Source: a virus
Taxonomy: Duplodnaviria > Heunggongvirae > Uroviricota > Caudoviricetes
Virus record (IMG/VR): IMGVR_UViG_3300012347_000377
Location: 192,001-256,000 of that record
Length of the DNA stretch: 64,000 bases
Strand: one strand, 5' to 3'
A model generated the notes under the pieces. It searched no databases, was not told the DNA's origin, and was given only the letters and a program-made list of their open reading frames with translations. Shown here one piece after another: positions 20,779-31,289 of this stretch. Position 1 is the stretch's first letter; each line of letters begins with the position of its first letter. The translations under genes and the position numbers were made by a program.

Positions 20779-21726
20779 ATGGCATTTTTTGAAGATAAAA
20801 ATACGGAAGAGAAAGATAATAGTTTATGGGTAGAATCATATCGTCCATCGAAGTTGGAAGACTACGTTGGTAATGAACATCTAAAATCAAAAGTTCAAAC
20901 TTATATTGAAAGTGGTGATGTTCCCCATTTACTTTTGTATGGTAAAGCAGGAACTGGTAAAACTACTCTTGCTAAGTTGATTGTGAATTCAATCAATTGT
21001 GACCATATGATTATCAATGCATCAGATGAAAATAACGTTGATACTGTCCGAAACAAAGTAAAGAATTTTGCATCTACAATTGGATTTAAGAATATAAAAG
21101 TAATCATCTTAGATGAGTTCGATTATATGACACCGAATGCACAAGCAATTCTTCGTAACTTAATGGAAACTTTTTCTAAACATTGCCGTTTTATTTTAAC
21201 GTGTAATTATGTTGAAAAGGTAATCGAACCAATTCAATCTCGTTGTCAATCGTTTCAAATTGTTCCACCAACTAAGAAAGATGTTGCAATCCAAATTAGT
21301 AAGATTCTTAAATCAGAGGAAATTAGATTTGAACCAAAAGATTTAGTTCCAATTATTGATGCCGGATATCCTGATATTCGTAAAATCATCAATACTTGCC
21401 AATTAAACTCACATAAGGGTGCATTGCAGGTAGATACTAAAAACTTATTGGAAAACGATTATAAGATGAAAATTTTAGATTTACTAAAAACATCAGATGA
21501 TAAGAGAAATCGTTATATGAAATTAAGACAGGCTTTGATTGATAGTAGAGTAACTGATTTTACAGATTTATTTACTTTGTTATATGATAAGGTAGATGAG
21601 TATGCACCATCAAATACTGCAAATGTTGTTATTGCACTTTCACAAGGACAAACTACACATTTTCAATCAATCGATAAAGAGATTGCAATGGCTGCAACTT
21701 TAATTGAAATAAACAATTTATTATAA
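20779..21726 (+). CDS. Clamp loader AAA+ subunit (gp44/RFC-like)
   Basis: WVESYRP, GKAGTGKTT, NASDE, LDEFD, SRC. Confidence 0.95.
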   Translation: MAFFEDKNTEEKDNSLWVESYRPSKLEDYVGNEHLKSKVQTYIESGDVPHLLLYGKAGTGKTTLAKLIVNSINCDHMIINASDENNVDTVRNKVKNFASTIGFKNIKVIILDEFDYMTPNAQAILRNLMETFSKHCRFILTCNYVEKVIEPIQSRCQSFQIVPPTKKDVAIQISKILKSEEIRFEPKDLVPIIDAGYPDIRKIINTCQLNSHKGALQVDTKNLLENDYKMKILDLLKTSDDKRNRYMKLRQALIDSRVTDFTDLFTLLYDKVDEYAPSNTANVVIALSQGQTTHFQSIDKEIAMAATLIEINNLL

Positions 21727-22178
21727 TGGCTGGAATAACATTATTCGACCACATAAAAGCAATCACACAAACTCAAGACAAAAAGTATTGGGATAAGTTA
21801 GATGATGCAGATAAAAAAACCTGGTCAAATTATATGGTATTCCGATTCTTGTCAATGAACCCTGATTGGGTGCCAATGGTTGCACAACTGCAACCTTACT
21901 TACAAGAAGTTCCACCTAAGGCGTGTTATTTAGCATTGATTGATTTAATACCAAAGACTAGAGCTTTTTTAAAATATATGAAAGCAAAAGGTGAGGATAC
22001 ATATGAGAAATGGTTAATTGAATTAGTCACTAAACATTATAATACATCTACATTGGAAAGTGAAGATTATTTAAAAATTTTATATTCAACAAAATCAGGT
22101 AGAGAACGTATAAAGGAGTTATGCACTATCTATGGAGTTGAACCAAAACAAATTACAAAATTAAAATTAAATTTATAA
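21726..22178 (+). CDS. Probable clamp loader small subunit (gp62-like)
   Basis: Directly follows RFC-like gene; YMVFRFLSM and FLKYMK motifs resemble gp62-like proteins. Confidence 0.65.
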   Translation: MAGITLFDHIKAITQTQDKKYWDKLDDADKKTWSNYMVFRFLSMNPDWVPMVAQLQPYLQEVPPKACYLALIDLIPKTRAFLKYMKAKGEDTYEKWLIELVTKHYNTSTLESEDYLKILYSTKSGRERIKELCTIYGVEPKQITKLKLNL

Positions 22179-22180
22179 CT

Positions 22181-22483
22181 ATGAAAATTAAATTCGAACC
22201 ATTGGGTGATAGAGTTGTGGTAAAACCACAATCAAAAGAAGAAAAATCAACTGGAGGTATTATCTTAACTGATAGTGTAAATAGAGGTGAGAAGGTTATT
22301 GGCGAAGTTGTAGCAATTGGAGGTGGTATTTTCTCACAAAATGGAGAACGTATTCCAATGACAGTTTCAGTTGGTAATTCTGTTTTATATAAAAAAGATA
22401 TGGCAGGTGAAACTTTGAAATTAGATGGTGAAGATTATCTATTATTTCACGAACACGAATTATTAGGCATTATTCCACAATAA
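22181..22483 (+). CDS. groES: Co-chaperonin GroES
   Basis: PLGDRVVVK, STGGIIL, GEVVAIG. Confidence 0.96.
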   Translation: MKIKFEPLGDRVVVKPQSKEEKSTGGIILTDSVNRGEKVIGEVVAIGGGIFSQNGERIPMTVSVGNSVLYKKDMAGETLKLDGEDYLLFHEHELLGIIPQ

Positions 22484-22493
22484 ACATAAACAT

Positions 22494-23567
22494 ATGAATT
22501 ATAGTCTCACTTATGATGACATTCAATTAATCCCACAATATTCAGAAATTTCTACTAGAACTGGAATTAACTTAAAAACCTTAGTATCTCGTAGATATGG
22601 TCTTTTAAACCCATTAGTTGCATCTCCTATGGATACTGTCTGTGGTGAGGAAATGGCTTATAAAATGTTCCTTATGGGTGGAGTAGGGTGTATTCATCGT
22701 TTTATGAGTATCGAAGAACAAGTAGAGGTAATCAAAAATCTTCGATATAAAATTTACGGAGAAGGTTTCGGAGGACCATTTGAGGATTGGGGAATTATGT
22801 ATGATGATTGGCATTCGGAAATTAAACAAATTCCAATTATGGCTGCAATCGGAGTAATGACTTCTGATATGGAACGTGCAAAAAGAATAACCGAAGCAGG
22901 TGCAAATATCTTAGTTATAGATGTTGCACATGGCCACCACAAAAATGTTATAGATATGATTAAGTGGTGTAAGCAAAATCTTAATGAAAATGTTGATATT
23001 ATCGCAGGTAATATTGCAACTGCTCAAGCAGCATTAGATTTGGAAAAGGCTGGTGCAGATGGATTACGTGTCGGTATTGGTGGGGGTTCACTTTGTACTA
23101 CAAGAGTAAAGACTGGATTTGGTGTTCCAAATGTAAGTTGTTTGGAAGAAATCATTAAAGTTGCAAAAACTCCGGTAATGGCAGATGGTGGAATCAGAAC
23201 ATCGGGTGATATTGCAAAAGCACTTTCATTGGGTTCTAGCTCAGTTATGTTAGGTTCTATATTAGCAGGAACTGAAGAAGCACCCGGTCAAATCATTGAA
23301 ACTACCAAAGGACTTTATAAAAGATATAGAGGTTCTGCATCATTAGAAACTAAAGTTTCAAACGGACAAGTGGCTAGAAACATCGAAGGTGAATCAACTA
23401 CTATTCCATATAAGGGAGGAGTTAAATTTATTTTAAATGGATTGATTGATGGAGTTAAATCTGCACTTTCATACGCAGGTGTAGATAATTTAACAAATTT
23501 CAGACCACCATATGTAATTGTCACTACATCGGGTATTAATGAAGCAAAACCACACTTATTACACTAA
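22494..23567 (+). CDS. IMP dehydrogenase / GMP reductase family (no CBS domains)
   Basis: SPMDTV, IDVAHGH, GIGGGSLCTTR, MADGGI, YRGSAS, EGES. Confidence 0.92.
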   Translation: MNYSLTYDDIQLIPQYSEISTRTGINLKTLVSRRYGLLNPLVASPMDTVCGEEMAYKMFLMGGVGCIHRFMSIEEQVEVIKNLRYKIYGEGFGGPFEDWGIMYDDWHSEIKQIPIMAAIGVMTSDMERAKRITEAGANILVIDVAHGHHKNVIDMIKWCKQNLNENVDIIAGNIATAQAALDLEKAGADGLRVGIGGGSLCTTRVKTGFGVPNVSCLEEIIKVAKTPVMADGGIRTSGDIAKALSLGSSSVMLGSILAGTEEAPGQIIETTKGLYKRYRGSASLETKVSNGQVARNIEGESTTIPYKGGVKFILNGLIDGVKSALSYAGVDNLTNFRPPYVIVTTSGINEAKPHLLH

Positions 23568-23573
23568 AAAATA

Positions 23574-24113
23574 ATGACAAAAATAATAAACCTATTTGGT
23601 GGGCCGGGCATTGGAAAATCATCCATTGCATCCGGCCTTACTTATAAACTCAAAAAGAAACACATAAATTGTGATAATCCCTACGAATTTCCAAAAGTTC
23701 TTGCATGGGATGAAAATCATTCAGCAATCAAAGACCAATTATATGTTCTTGCAAATCAACATAGGGGAATTGTAAAGAGTTTTGGAAAGGTAGATTTTAT
23801 CATCTTAGATTCACCCATAATTCTTTCTTTGGTGTATAAATCATTGTATAAAGGAACAGAGTATCCAGCAACCTTATATGGGGAGTATTTTGATAAAATG
23901 GTGTTAGATATACATAATCAATATGACAACCTTAATATCCTTTTAAAACGAACCGAAGGGGGGTATAATGAAAAGGAACGCTATCAATCTCTTGATGAAT
24001 CTAAGACTTTGGATAATGAAATTGAAAACACATTAATAAAAAATAACATATCTTATATTACTATTGAAGTTGGTGATAATACGGTCAATGATATAGTGAA
24101 ATTATTAGTGTAA
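23574..24113 (+). CDS. P-loop NTPase/kinase (NadR/AAA_28-like)
   Basis: GGPGIGKS, DSP motif. Confidence 0.75.
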   Translation: MTKIINLFGGPGIGKSSIASGLTYKLKKKHINCDNPYEFPKVLAWDENHSAIKDQLYVLANQHRGIVKSFGKVDFIILDSPIILSLVYKSLYKGTEYPATLYGEYFDKMVLDIHNQYDNLNILLKRTEGGYNEKERYQSLDESKTLDNEIENTLIKNNISYITIEVGDNTVNDIVKLLV

Positions 24114-24116
24114 TAA

Positions 24117-24148
24117 TTTGGTAAATCCAAATAAAGTTCGTATATTAG
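24117..24148 (+). promoter_or_regulatory. Bacteroidota-type promoter (variant -7 box)
   Basis: TTTGGTAAATCCAAA at 24117, TATATTAG at 24141. Confidence 0.7.
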
Positions 24149-24167
24149 CTTAATAAAAGATATAGAT

Positions 24168-24377
24168 ATGATAGTATATGACCCACAAAATCCACTAACT
24201 GATGATGATTTAAAACAATTATCCGAAACTGATTTCTTTTCATACTTAGACCAAATGTCTGCGTATAAACGTAAAGATAAAAAAATAGTAGGAGAGTGGA
24301 AAAAGAAAGGACACGAAATTCTTAAAAAGAATGGTGTGAAAAATGTAAAAACAAATAGAACCCAATGGTTCGATTAA
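24168..24377 (+). CDS. Hypothetical protein
   Basis: ORF directly after promoter; protein-like composition. Confidence 0.7.
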   Translation: MIVYDPQNPLTDDDLKQLSETDFFSYLDQMSAYKRKDKKIVGEWKKKGHEILKKNGVKNVKTNRTQWFD

Positions 24378-24394
24378 TTCAATAAAAAATAAAT

Positions 24395-24646
24395 ATGGCA
24401 CAAATTTTAGGACAAGGTGGTAATCAACTACCACAAGAACCAATTGATTTAACAAAAACAGAACCTATTTCATGTAAGAAGTGTGGAGGTGAAGTTTTTG
24501 TGCAAGGGTTTGCTTTTAGAAAAATTTCAAAGATATTAACCAAAAAACCAAAAGATGAAGTAATTCCTGTTGAATTATTTTTATGTGGAGATTGTGGTGA
24601 AGTATTGGAAGATTTATTAGTCCCTGGCTTTAAAATCGAAGAATAA
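24395..24646 (+). CDS. Zinc-ribbon protein
   Basis: CKKC and CGDC pairs. Confidence 0.75.
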   Translation: MAQILGQGGNQLPQEPIDLTKTEPISCKKCGGEVFVQGFAFRKISKILTKKPKDEVIPVELFLCGDCGEVLEDLLVPGFKIEE

Positions 24647-25905
24647 TGCCAAATCCTCAAACGGAAACATTTTGCATATTACCATTCATCCATTTGTATT
24701 CAGAACCAAAGGGAGAGATGAAACCATGCTGTATAGCAGGTGGATTTGATACTCCATTGGATTTGAAAACATTATCTATTGATGAAGCATTTAATTCACC
24801 ACAAATGAAAGAATTGCGTAAAGATATGATAGAGGGTAAACGTAATAAAGTATGCGATGTATGTTATAAGAAAGAGGATTTAAATGGAGTTTCACCTCGG
24901 TCTGATTTTAATAAAAACACACTATGGGAAATGCCGGTTGTAAACGATGATTATTCAGTTGAAACCCAATTCCAACACATTGATATTAGATTTTCAAATT
25001 TATGCAACTTTAAATGTAGAATGTGTAATCATGATTTTTCATCAAATTGGTTTGAAGATTATGAAAAAATAGCACATGGTTCTACAACTGGTAGAAAAAA
25101 GGTAATGAAAGTTTCTGATACAATTGTAGAAGATTTAATCCCACATCTTAATAATATTAAAAGTTTTTATTTCGCAGGTGGTGAACCCCTAATCATGCCG
25201 GAACATTATAAAGTATTAAAATATCTTTATGATACTATGCCGGTTTTGGAAAAACATTGGGGTAATAAAAGACCATTGAGTATTCATTACAACACTAATT
25301 TATCGGTAATCACCTATGATGAGCAAAGTTTAGTTGATTTGTGGGATGGATTTGATAGAGTGTTTTTATCAATATCATGTGATGGTATAGGTGAAGTTGG
25401 TGAATATCAACGAAACGGATTTCAACATGATAGATTTGTTGAAAACTTAAAAACAATCCAAAAGTATTTCAGACCCGAATCACCATTTATGGGAGGTATG
25501 GGATTACAATATAATTTCCAATACACTACTACTATTTGGAATGTTTATCATATCTTTGATTTTATTAAATTTATGACTGAGAATAAATTCATAGGTTCAT
25601 CCGAGCACATTGATTTTTATTACGCATGGGGTCCAAATCAAATTGCATTAAATAATATTAGTAAAACTGAAAAGGATAAGGTTGTTAAATTTTTAGAAGA
25701 TGGTATGGAGAATATTACATTTGAAAAGACTATTGGTGAATTAAAGAATTTAATATCATTTATAAAATCAGACCAAAATATAGATAATCCAATTGAAACT
25801 ATGATAGATTTTACTAAAAAAATGGATAAATTATTTCAAACTAATGCTAATAGTTTAAATGGAATTGATTTCGATAGTATGATTGTGGAAAATTTTCCAA
25901 AATAA
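24646..25905 (+). CDS. Radical SAM protein with N-terminal SPASM/twitch-like domain
   Basis: CNFKCRMC, AGGEP, YNTN; N-terminal C..PCC..CDVC. Confidence 0.9.
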   Translation: MPNPQTETFCILPFIHLYSEPKGEMKPCCIAGGFDTPLDLKTLSIDEAFNSPQMKELRKDMIEGKRNKVCDVCYKKEDLNGVSPRSDFNKNTLWEMPVVNDDYSVETQFQHIDIRFSNLCNFKCRMCNHDFSSNWFEDYEKIAHGSTTGRKKVMKVSDTIVEDLIPHLNNIKSFYFAGGEPLIMPEHYKVLKYLYDTMPVLEKHWGNKRPLSIHYNTNLSVITYDEQSLVDLWDGFDRVFLSISCDGIGEVGEYQRNGFQHDRFVENLKTIQKYFRPESPFMGGMGLQYNFQYTTTIWNVYHIFDFIKFMTENKFIGSSEHIDFYYAWGPNQIALNNISKTEKDKVVKFLEDGMENITFEKTIGELKNLISFIKSDQNIDNPIETMIDFTKKMDKLFQTNANSLNGIDFDSMIVENFPK

Positions 25906-25937
25906 TTAGGAATTTACAAATATTATTCGTATATTTG
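25906..25937 (+). promoter_or_regulatory. Bacteroidota-type promoter (variant -33 box)
   Basis: TTAG at 25906, TATATTTG at 25930. Confidence 0.75.
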
Positions 25938-25955
25938 TAGTATAAAAATAAAGTT

Positions 25956-26813
25956 ATGGCAAGAGTAAGTTATTCTCAATATGGTATGTGGTCTTCATGT
26001 CCTCAACAATTCAAACTAAACTATATTGATAAGTTAGGAGAAAGTTCGGCTAATATTCATACAATCTTTGGTTCTGCAATGCACGAAACCGTCCAACACT
26101 TTTTGAGTGTAATGTATGGTGTATCTAAAAAACAGGCATTAACATTGGATTTGGAAACAATGTTAAAGGACAAGTTAGTAGAACACTTTACTACTGAAAA
26201 AGCAAAGATGAGTGACGGAACTCCTTGTACTAAAGAAGAGTTAGAAGAATTTTTCGGTGATGGTAGACATATATTACATTACTTTAAAACTAAATTAGAT
26301 AAACTATATACAAAAAGTGGATTTGAATTAGTTGCAATTGAAATGGCTTTAAATGCTGAAGTAAAACCCGGTGTTCATTTTATTGGATTCATTGATATTG
26401 TCTTAAAAGATATGTCCTCCGGTGAAATTATTATCATCGATTTAAAAACATCCACATCCGGTTGGTCAAAGTATCAGAAAAACGATAAGGTAAAAACATC
26501 TCAAATGTTGTTATACAAAAAGTTTTATTCTGAAAAGTATAATGTTCCATTAGATAAAATCAAAGTAGAATATCAAATTCTTAAAAGAAAGATTTCAGAA
26601 AACTTTGAATATCCAATCCCACGTATTTCTAAATTTATTCCACCACATGGAAAACCATCAGTAAATAATGCTTGGAAAGGATTTATGGAGTTTGTAGATA
26701 CTGTCTATGATGATGGGGGATTAATTCGAACCGATGATTTTCCTACAAATAAAGGAAAAGCATGTGATTGGTGTGAATTTAAGGCTAGAAAACTTTGTCC
26801 ACTTTGGAAATAA
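25956..26813 (+). CDS. PD-(D/E)XK nuclease, Cas4/AddB-like with probable Fe-S cluster
   Basis: SYSQ..CP, GSAMHE, GFIDIV, IDLKTS, CDWC...LCP. Confidence 0.88.
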   Translation: MARVSYSQYGMWSSCPQQFKLNYIDKLGESSANIHTIFGSAMHETVQHFLSVMYGVSKKQALTLDLETMLKDKLVEHFTTEKAKMSDGTPCTKEELEEFFGDGRHILHYFKTKLDKLYTKSGFELVAIEMALNAEVKPGVHFIGFIDIVLKDMSSGEIIIIDLKTSTSGWSKYQKNDKVKTSQMLLYKKFYSEKYNVPLDKIKVEYQILKRKISENFEYPIPRISKFIPPHGKPSVNNAWKGFMEFVDTVYDDGGLIRTDDFPTNKGKACDWCEFKARKLCPLWK

Positions 26814-26835
26814 AATCTCTTTTTTATATTTTTAT

Positions 26836-26844
26836 ATATTTATA
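26836..26844 (+). promoter_or_regulatory. Putative phage late-promoter motif ATATTTATA
   Basis: Recurrent intergenic motif upstream of gene starts. Confidence 0.6.
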
Positions 26845-26871
26845 TATATACAAACATACAATAGGAGAGTT

Positions 26872-27078
26872 ATGACAAACCCAAACACAAACACAAAATT
26901 AACAACGGTAAAAATCATTCACGATGTTTACTCAAAATTTAAGAAAATTTCATTTGATTCCAACATTACCCTACAAAAGTTGGTAAATCGTTCTTTGGAA
27001 AAATATACCGAAGATGAGAAGTTTAGAAATGAAATAAACAATTACACAGAATTACAAGAAAGTGGTTCACAATTTTAA
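26872..27078 (+). CDS. Small hypothetical protein, possible ribbon-helix-helix (start revised from 26734)
   Basis: ATG at 26872 after AGGAG; TTVKI...YSKFK...TLQKLVNRSL pattern. Confidence 0.7.
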   Translation: MTNPNTNTKLTTVKIIHDVYSKFKKISFDSNITLQKLVNRSLEKYTEDEKFRNEINNYTELQESGSQF

Positions 27079-27087
27079 TTAAACTAA

Positions 27088-28479
27088 ATGACAGAAGTAA
27101 GAAAGAAAAAAAAGATTCTTTTACTATCGGATGACCTACGAATGTCATCTGGTATTGCAACCGTATCCAAAGAATTAGTTTTTGGAACATTTGATAAGTA
27201 TGATTGGGTTCAATTAGGAGCAGCAATCAACCATCCTGATAAAGGGAAGGAAATTGATTTAGGTGAGGATGCACGAAAAGTAAGTGGGATTGAAGATGCA
27301 TCTCTTAAAATTATCCCGTGGAGTGGTTATGGTGATGCCAACATTCTACGTGAATTAATTATGAGACATCAACCCGATGCAATTCTCCATTTTACAGACC
27401 CACGTTATTGGCGATGGTTATATGAGATGGAAGCAGAATTAAGGCAAAACATTCCAATTTTCTTTTATCATATTTGGGATGATTTACCAGACCCAAAATA
27501 CAATAGAGATTATTACGAAAGTTGTGATTGGTTAGGATGTATTTCTAAACAAACATATGGTATTGTAAAAAGAGTTGGTGCAATAAAAACTCCAACAACT
27601 AAACCATTGGAAGATTGGCAAGTATCTTATGTTCCTCATGGTATCAATTCCGAAACATTCAAACCGGTAGAAGTTCCAACTGAATTTAAGAAAGAATTAT
27701 TCGGTGATAAAGAATACGATTTTGTTTTATTTTGGATGAACCGAAATATCAGACGTAAACAACCATCGGATGTAATTTGGGCATACAAACGATTCGTAGA
27801 TGGTTTACCTGAAGAAAAACGTGATAAGGTATGTTTATTAATGCATACACAACCCGTTGATGATAATGGAACTGATTTATATGCAGTTAAAGAAACCATC
27901 TGTCCAGATTATGATGTAATTTTTTCAACTAACAGAGTTAATCAAGACCAACTAAACTTAATTCATAATCTTGCAGATTGTACAATCAACATTGCAGGTA
28001 ATGAAGGATTTGGATTAGTCACTGCCGAATCGGTAATGGCAGGAACACCTATCATTGTAAATGTGACCGGTGGATTACAAGACCAATGTGGATTTAAATT
28101 GAATGGTAAAGAATTTACCGCAGATGATTATATCGAACATGGTTCATTACATGATTGGAGAAAATGGGCATCTAAACTTACATATGGTGAGTGGGTTAAA
28201 CCAGTATTCCCAAAAGTTCAAACATTAGTTGGTTCAGTTCCAACACCATATATTATCGATGATAAAGTTGATATTTACGAAGTTGCAGATGCAATGAGAT
28301 ATTGGTATGAGAAAACTCCAGAACAACGAAAAACTGCAGGTTTGAAGGGTAGAGAATGGATGTTGAATGAAGGTGGATTATCAAATATCAATATGTGTAA
28401 AACATTGGTAGATGGTATGGAAGGTGCATTTCAACATTGGAAACCAAAAGATAGATACAATTTATACAAAATAAGATAA
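27088..28479 (+). CDS. GT-B (GT4-like) glycosyltransferase
   Basis: SGIA, VPHGIN, NRNIRRKQ, EGFGLVTAES. Confidence 0.9.
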   Translation: MTEVRKKKKILLLSDDLRMSSGIATVSKELVFGTFDKYDWVQLGAAINHPDKGKEIDLGEDARKVSGIEDASLKIIPWSGYGDANILRELIMRHQPDAILHFTDPRYWRWLYEMEAELRQNIPIFFYHIWDDLPDPKYNRDYYESCDWLGCISKQTYGIVKRVGAIKTPTTKPLEDWQVSYVPHGINSETFKPVEVPTEFKKELFGDKEYDFVLFWMNRNIRRKQPSDVIWAYKRFVDGLPEEKRDKVCLLMHTQPVDDNGTDLYAVKETICPDYDVIFSTNRVNQDQLNLIHNLADCTINIAGNEGFGLVTAESVMAGTPIIVNVTGGLQDQCGFKLNGKEFTADDYIEHGSLHDWRKWASKLTYGEWVKPVFPKVQTLVGSVPTPYIIDDKVDIYEVADAMRYWYEKTPEQRKTAGLKGREWMLNEGGLSNINMCKTLVDGMEGAFQHWKPKDRYNLYKIR

Positions 28480-28754
28480 TGAGCAAACCAATATTCATCA
28501 TTAGAATGCCAGGAACTTGGTCACCATCTCAAATTGATTCATCTCGTGAGGCTATTTACAAAAACAGAGAACTATGTGATGATTATCATGTGATGGTTCT
28601 TGCAGATAGGGAAGTTGAATCGACCGTATTTGAGATGTATAATGCACCAAACGAGCCTGATAAATTAGAAAATATTACAAAGTTAATTGAATTATCCATC
28701 CAAAGATGTTTAAGACAAGAAGAAGAACAAAGAAAAAAAGAAGAAAATGAGTAA
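28479..28754 (+). CDS. Hypothetical protein
   Basis: Translationally coupled ORF between two glycosyltransferases. Confidence 0.7.
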   Translation: MSKPIFIIRMPGTWSPSQIDSSREAIYKNRELCDDYHVMVLADREVESTVFEMYNAPNEPDKLENITKLIELSIQRCLRQEEEQRKKEENE

Positions 28755-30009
28755 ACCATTATTGTTATTTCAGGCACCAGTTGCAACCCGTAGTGGTTAT
28801 GGTGATCATTCTAGAGATTTATTAAAATCTATATTTGCAATGGATAAGTTTGAGGTGAAAATTGTTCCTACACGTTGGGGAACTACACCACAAAATCAAA
28901 TAGACCCATCAACTGAATTTGGACAACAAATATTACAAAATATTGCAGTTACGTTGGATAGACAACCAGATGTATTTGTTCAAGTATCAGTAGCAAATGA
29001 ATTTAAAAAAGTTGGTAAGTATAATATTGGAGTAACTGCCGGTGTTGAAACTACCATTGCACCTAAAGAGTTTATTGATGGGTGTAATTTAATGGATTTA
29101 GTGTTAGTTCCATCTGAATTTACTAAACAAGTATTGGAAACAACTACTTTTACTGAAGTAAATAATCAAACAAAACAAAAAATTAGAGATATTAAAGTTT
29201 CAACTCCAATTGAAGTTGTATTTGAGGGTGTTGATTTGGATACATTTTTAAATCCAACAACGGATACGGATGTTTTAAGTGATATTAAAACAGATTTTAA
29301 TTATCTATATGTAGGACATTGGTTGACAGGTGATTTAGGACAAGATAGAAAAGATGTAGGTATGATGATTAAAACATTCTGCACTGTCTTCAAAAACGTT
29401 TCTAAGGATAAACAACCTGGTCTTATTTTAAAAACCTCTATGGCTGGATTTTCGGTAGGTGATAGAGAAATAGTTGCTGATAAAATTAAAAAATTAACTG
29501 AAGAATTTGGTAGTAAGTGTCCTCCAATTTATTTGTTATTTGGTGATTTATCTGAATCAAATATGAGTGATTTATACCACCACCCAAAAGTGAAGGCTAT
29601 GATTTCATTCACAAAAGGAGAAGGATATGGTAGACCACTTGCAGAATTTGCAACAACGGGTAAACCAGTATTAGTTTCAAATTGGAGTGGATTAGTTGAT
29701 TTCTTACCAAAGGATAATACAATCTATTTGGAAGGTCAATTAACACCGGTTCACACATCTGCACAAAATCAATTCTTATTGAAAGAATCAAAATGGTTTA
29801 CGGTTGATTATTCAAAAGCAGCACAATCGATTTTAGATTTACATAAAAATTATAACAAACATTTGAAAAAATCTGCTGGATTGAAAACTAATATTGTTAA
29901 TAATTTTTCATTAAGTAAGATGCATGAGGTTATGGAGAAAGTATTTAATAAATACGTTCAAATAAAACAAAAAATAGAACTTAAATTACCAGAAATTAAG
30001 AAATTATAA
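28747..30009 (+). CDS. GT-B (GT4-like) glycosyltransferase
   Basis: SGYG, VPSEF, RKDVG, GEGYGRPLAE. Confidence 0.9.
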   Translation: MSKPLLLFQAPVATRSGYGDHSRDLLKSIFAMDKFEVKIVPTRWGTTPQNQIDPSTEFGQQILQNIAVTLDRQPDVFVQVSVANEFKKVGKYNIGVTAGVETTIAPKEFIDGCNLMDLVLVPSEFTKQVLETTTFTEVNNQTKQKIRDIKVSTPIEVVFEGVDLDTFLNPTTDTDVLSDIKTDFNYLYVGHWLTGDLGQDRKDVGMMIKTFCTVFKNVSKDKQPGLILKTSMAGFSVGDREIVADKIKKLTEEFGSKCPPIYLLFGDLSESNMSDLYHHPKVKAMISFTKGEGYGRPLAEFATTGKPVLVSNWSGLVDFLPKDNTIYLEGQLTPVHTSAQNQFLLKESKWFTVDYSKAAQSILDLHKNYNKHLKKSAGLKTNIVNNFSLSKMHEVMEKVFNKYVQIKQKIELKLPEIKKL

Positions 30010-30010
30010 T

Positions 30011-30535
30011 ATGGCATATACAAGTCAATACAAACAATTTTTAAGACCCGAAGTTAGGGTAAGTAAAAATCAGATTTTACCGAGAAATATTTATAGAATT
30101 TCTACTTATGCAGGAGGTAATCCTGCTACTAAAGTTGGTGATCAATCACGTTATGTATTTGTTATTGGTAGAATCGATGGAAAGATACATTGTATTAAAT
30201 TAAATGATATTAAACCCATTGATTTTACTAATCTTGTAAACAGATTAAGAGATAAACGAATTCCAATAAAATCAGACCAAGCATTAGAAGAACTATTGAA
30301 ATTATTTTCAAAAGATGGAAAGCAATTGTTTGAAACTTATATAAAAAATAATCCAAAAGTATATTCATCTAAGATGTCAAATTATAGAACTTATATTTTA
30401 GATAATATTCAAAATGTATGGGAAATCAGATTTGAAGAAGGATTCTTACGAACCTTATTTAAAGAAGGTGGAACAACCACAACCCAAAGAAACGAAATTC
30501 AAACTGAAGTTGCGGAAAAAGGAGTAAATGAGTAA
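30011..30535 (+). CDS. Hypothetical protein
   Basis: Continuous ORF in operon; no motif confidently recognised. Confidence 0.7.
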   Translation: MAYTSQYKQFLRPEVRVSKNQILPRNIYRISTYAGGNPATKVGDQSRYVFVIGRIDGKIHCIKLNDIKPIDFTNLVNRLRDKRIPIKSDQALEELLKLFSKDGKQLFETYIKNNPKVYSSKMSNYRTYILDNIQNVWEIRFEEGFLRTLFKEGGTTTTQRNEIQTEVAEKGVNE

Positions 30536-31289
30536 TATATTAGCATTAGGATGTTCATTCACTTGGGGTGAATCATTACAATTCTTTTCAGGTTTAGATA
30601 GTGTGTTGTGGGAAAAAGATAGACCTCAGTTTCCAGATACACTTAAAACATTAGATGAAAACCAATTAGAGTTTATCTATCAAAACAGATGGCCAGCAGT
30701 ATTGGCTAATAAACTTAATGTTGAATATATAACTAAATCACGTAATGGTGGTTCTAATATGGAATCTCTAAATATTGCTACTGATTTTTATAATACCCCA
30801 TCTAATTTAGAAAATTATAAAATATGTGTATTTCAATTAACTGAATTTTCACGTGACCCTTTTATATTTAAATTACCATCGGGTGAAATTTTAAAAGAAA
30901 AAGATTATTCGGTAGTAGAATATCAAAGACAAGTTTTAGGATTAGATAATGATACTATTCTTAGAGATTCATATAATTATTTTTACGATAAATTATATGA
31001 TTTCAAAACTTACTTAGAAGAAAACGGAGTTAGTGTTTATATAATAGCATATCCACAACAATCAGTTGAAGTCTTAAAGGAACATAAATTATATTCAAAT
31101 TTCGTAACTCTAAAATACGATGGAAACGAATATAGTTCAACTGATGATTTGAGTTTAGCACATCCAATGTTAGTAATTGAAAATTACTTTGCAGATAGAA
31201 ACTTAAATAAAGGTGATAATCATTTAGTATTAGAAGGTCATCATATAATAGCAAATAGTATTTACAACGAAATTAAAAAAAATGATTAG
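30528..31289 (+). CDS. SGNH/GDSL-like hydrolase or acyltransferase (paralogue 1)
   Basis: GCSFTWG block I, SRNGGSN, C-terminal DNHL..GH. Confidence 0.75.
   Translation: MSNILALGCSFTWGESLQFFSGLDSVLWEKDRPQFPDTLKTLDENQLEFIYQNRWPAVLANKLNVEYITKSRNGGSNMESLNIATDFYNTPSNLENYKICVFQLTEFSRDPFIFKLPSGEILKEKDYSVVEYQRQVLGLDNDTILRDSYNYFYDKLYDFKTYLEENGVSVYIIAYPQQSVEVLKEHKLYSNFVTLKYDGNEYSSTDDLSLAHPMLVIENYFADRNLNKGDNHLVLEGHHIIANSIYNEIKKND

Noticed and set aside
25956-26813. Cas4-like gene as evidence of a CRISPR-Cas system
   Set aside because: No array or other cas genes; solo Cas4-like nucleases are common in phages.
26734-26871. N-terminal extension of the 26734 ORF
   Set aside because: It overlaps the nuclease gene and the promoter motif; ATG 26872 follows an SD.
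30011-30535. Possible T4 gp2-like DNA end protector
   Set aside because: Resemblance too faint to support by eye; left as hypothetical.
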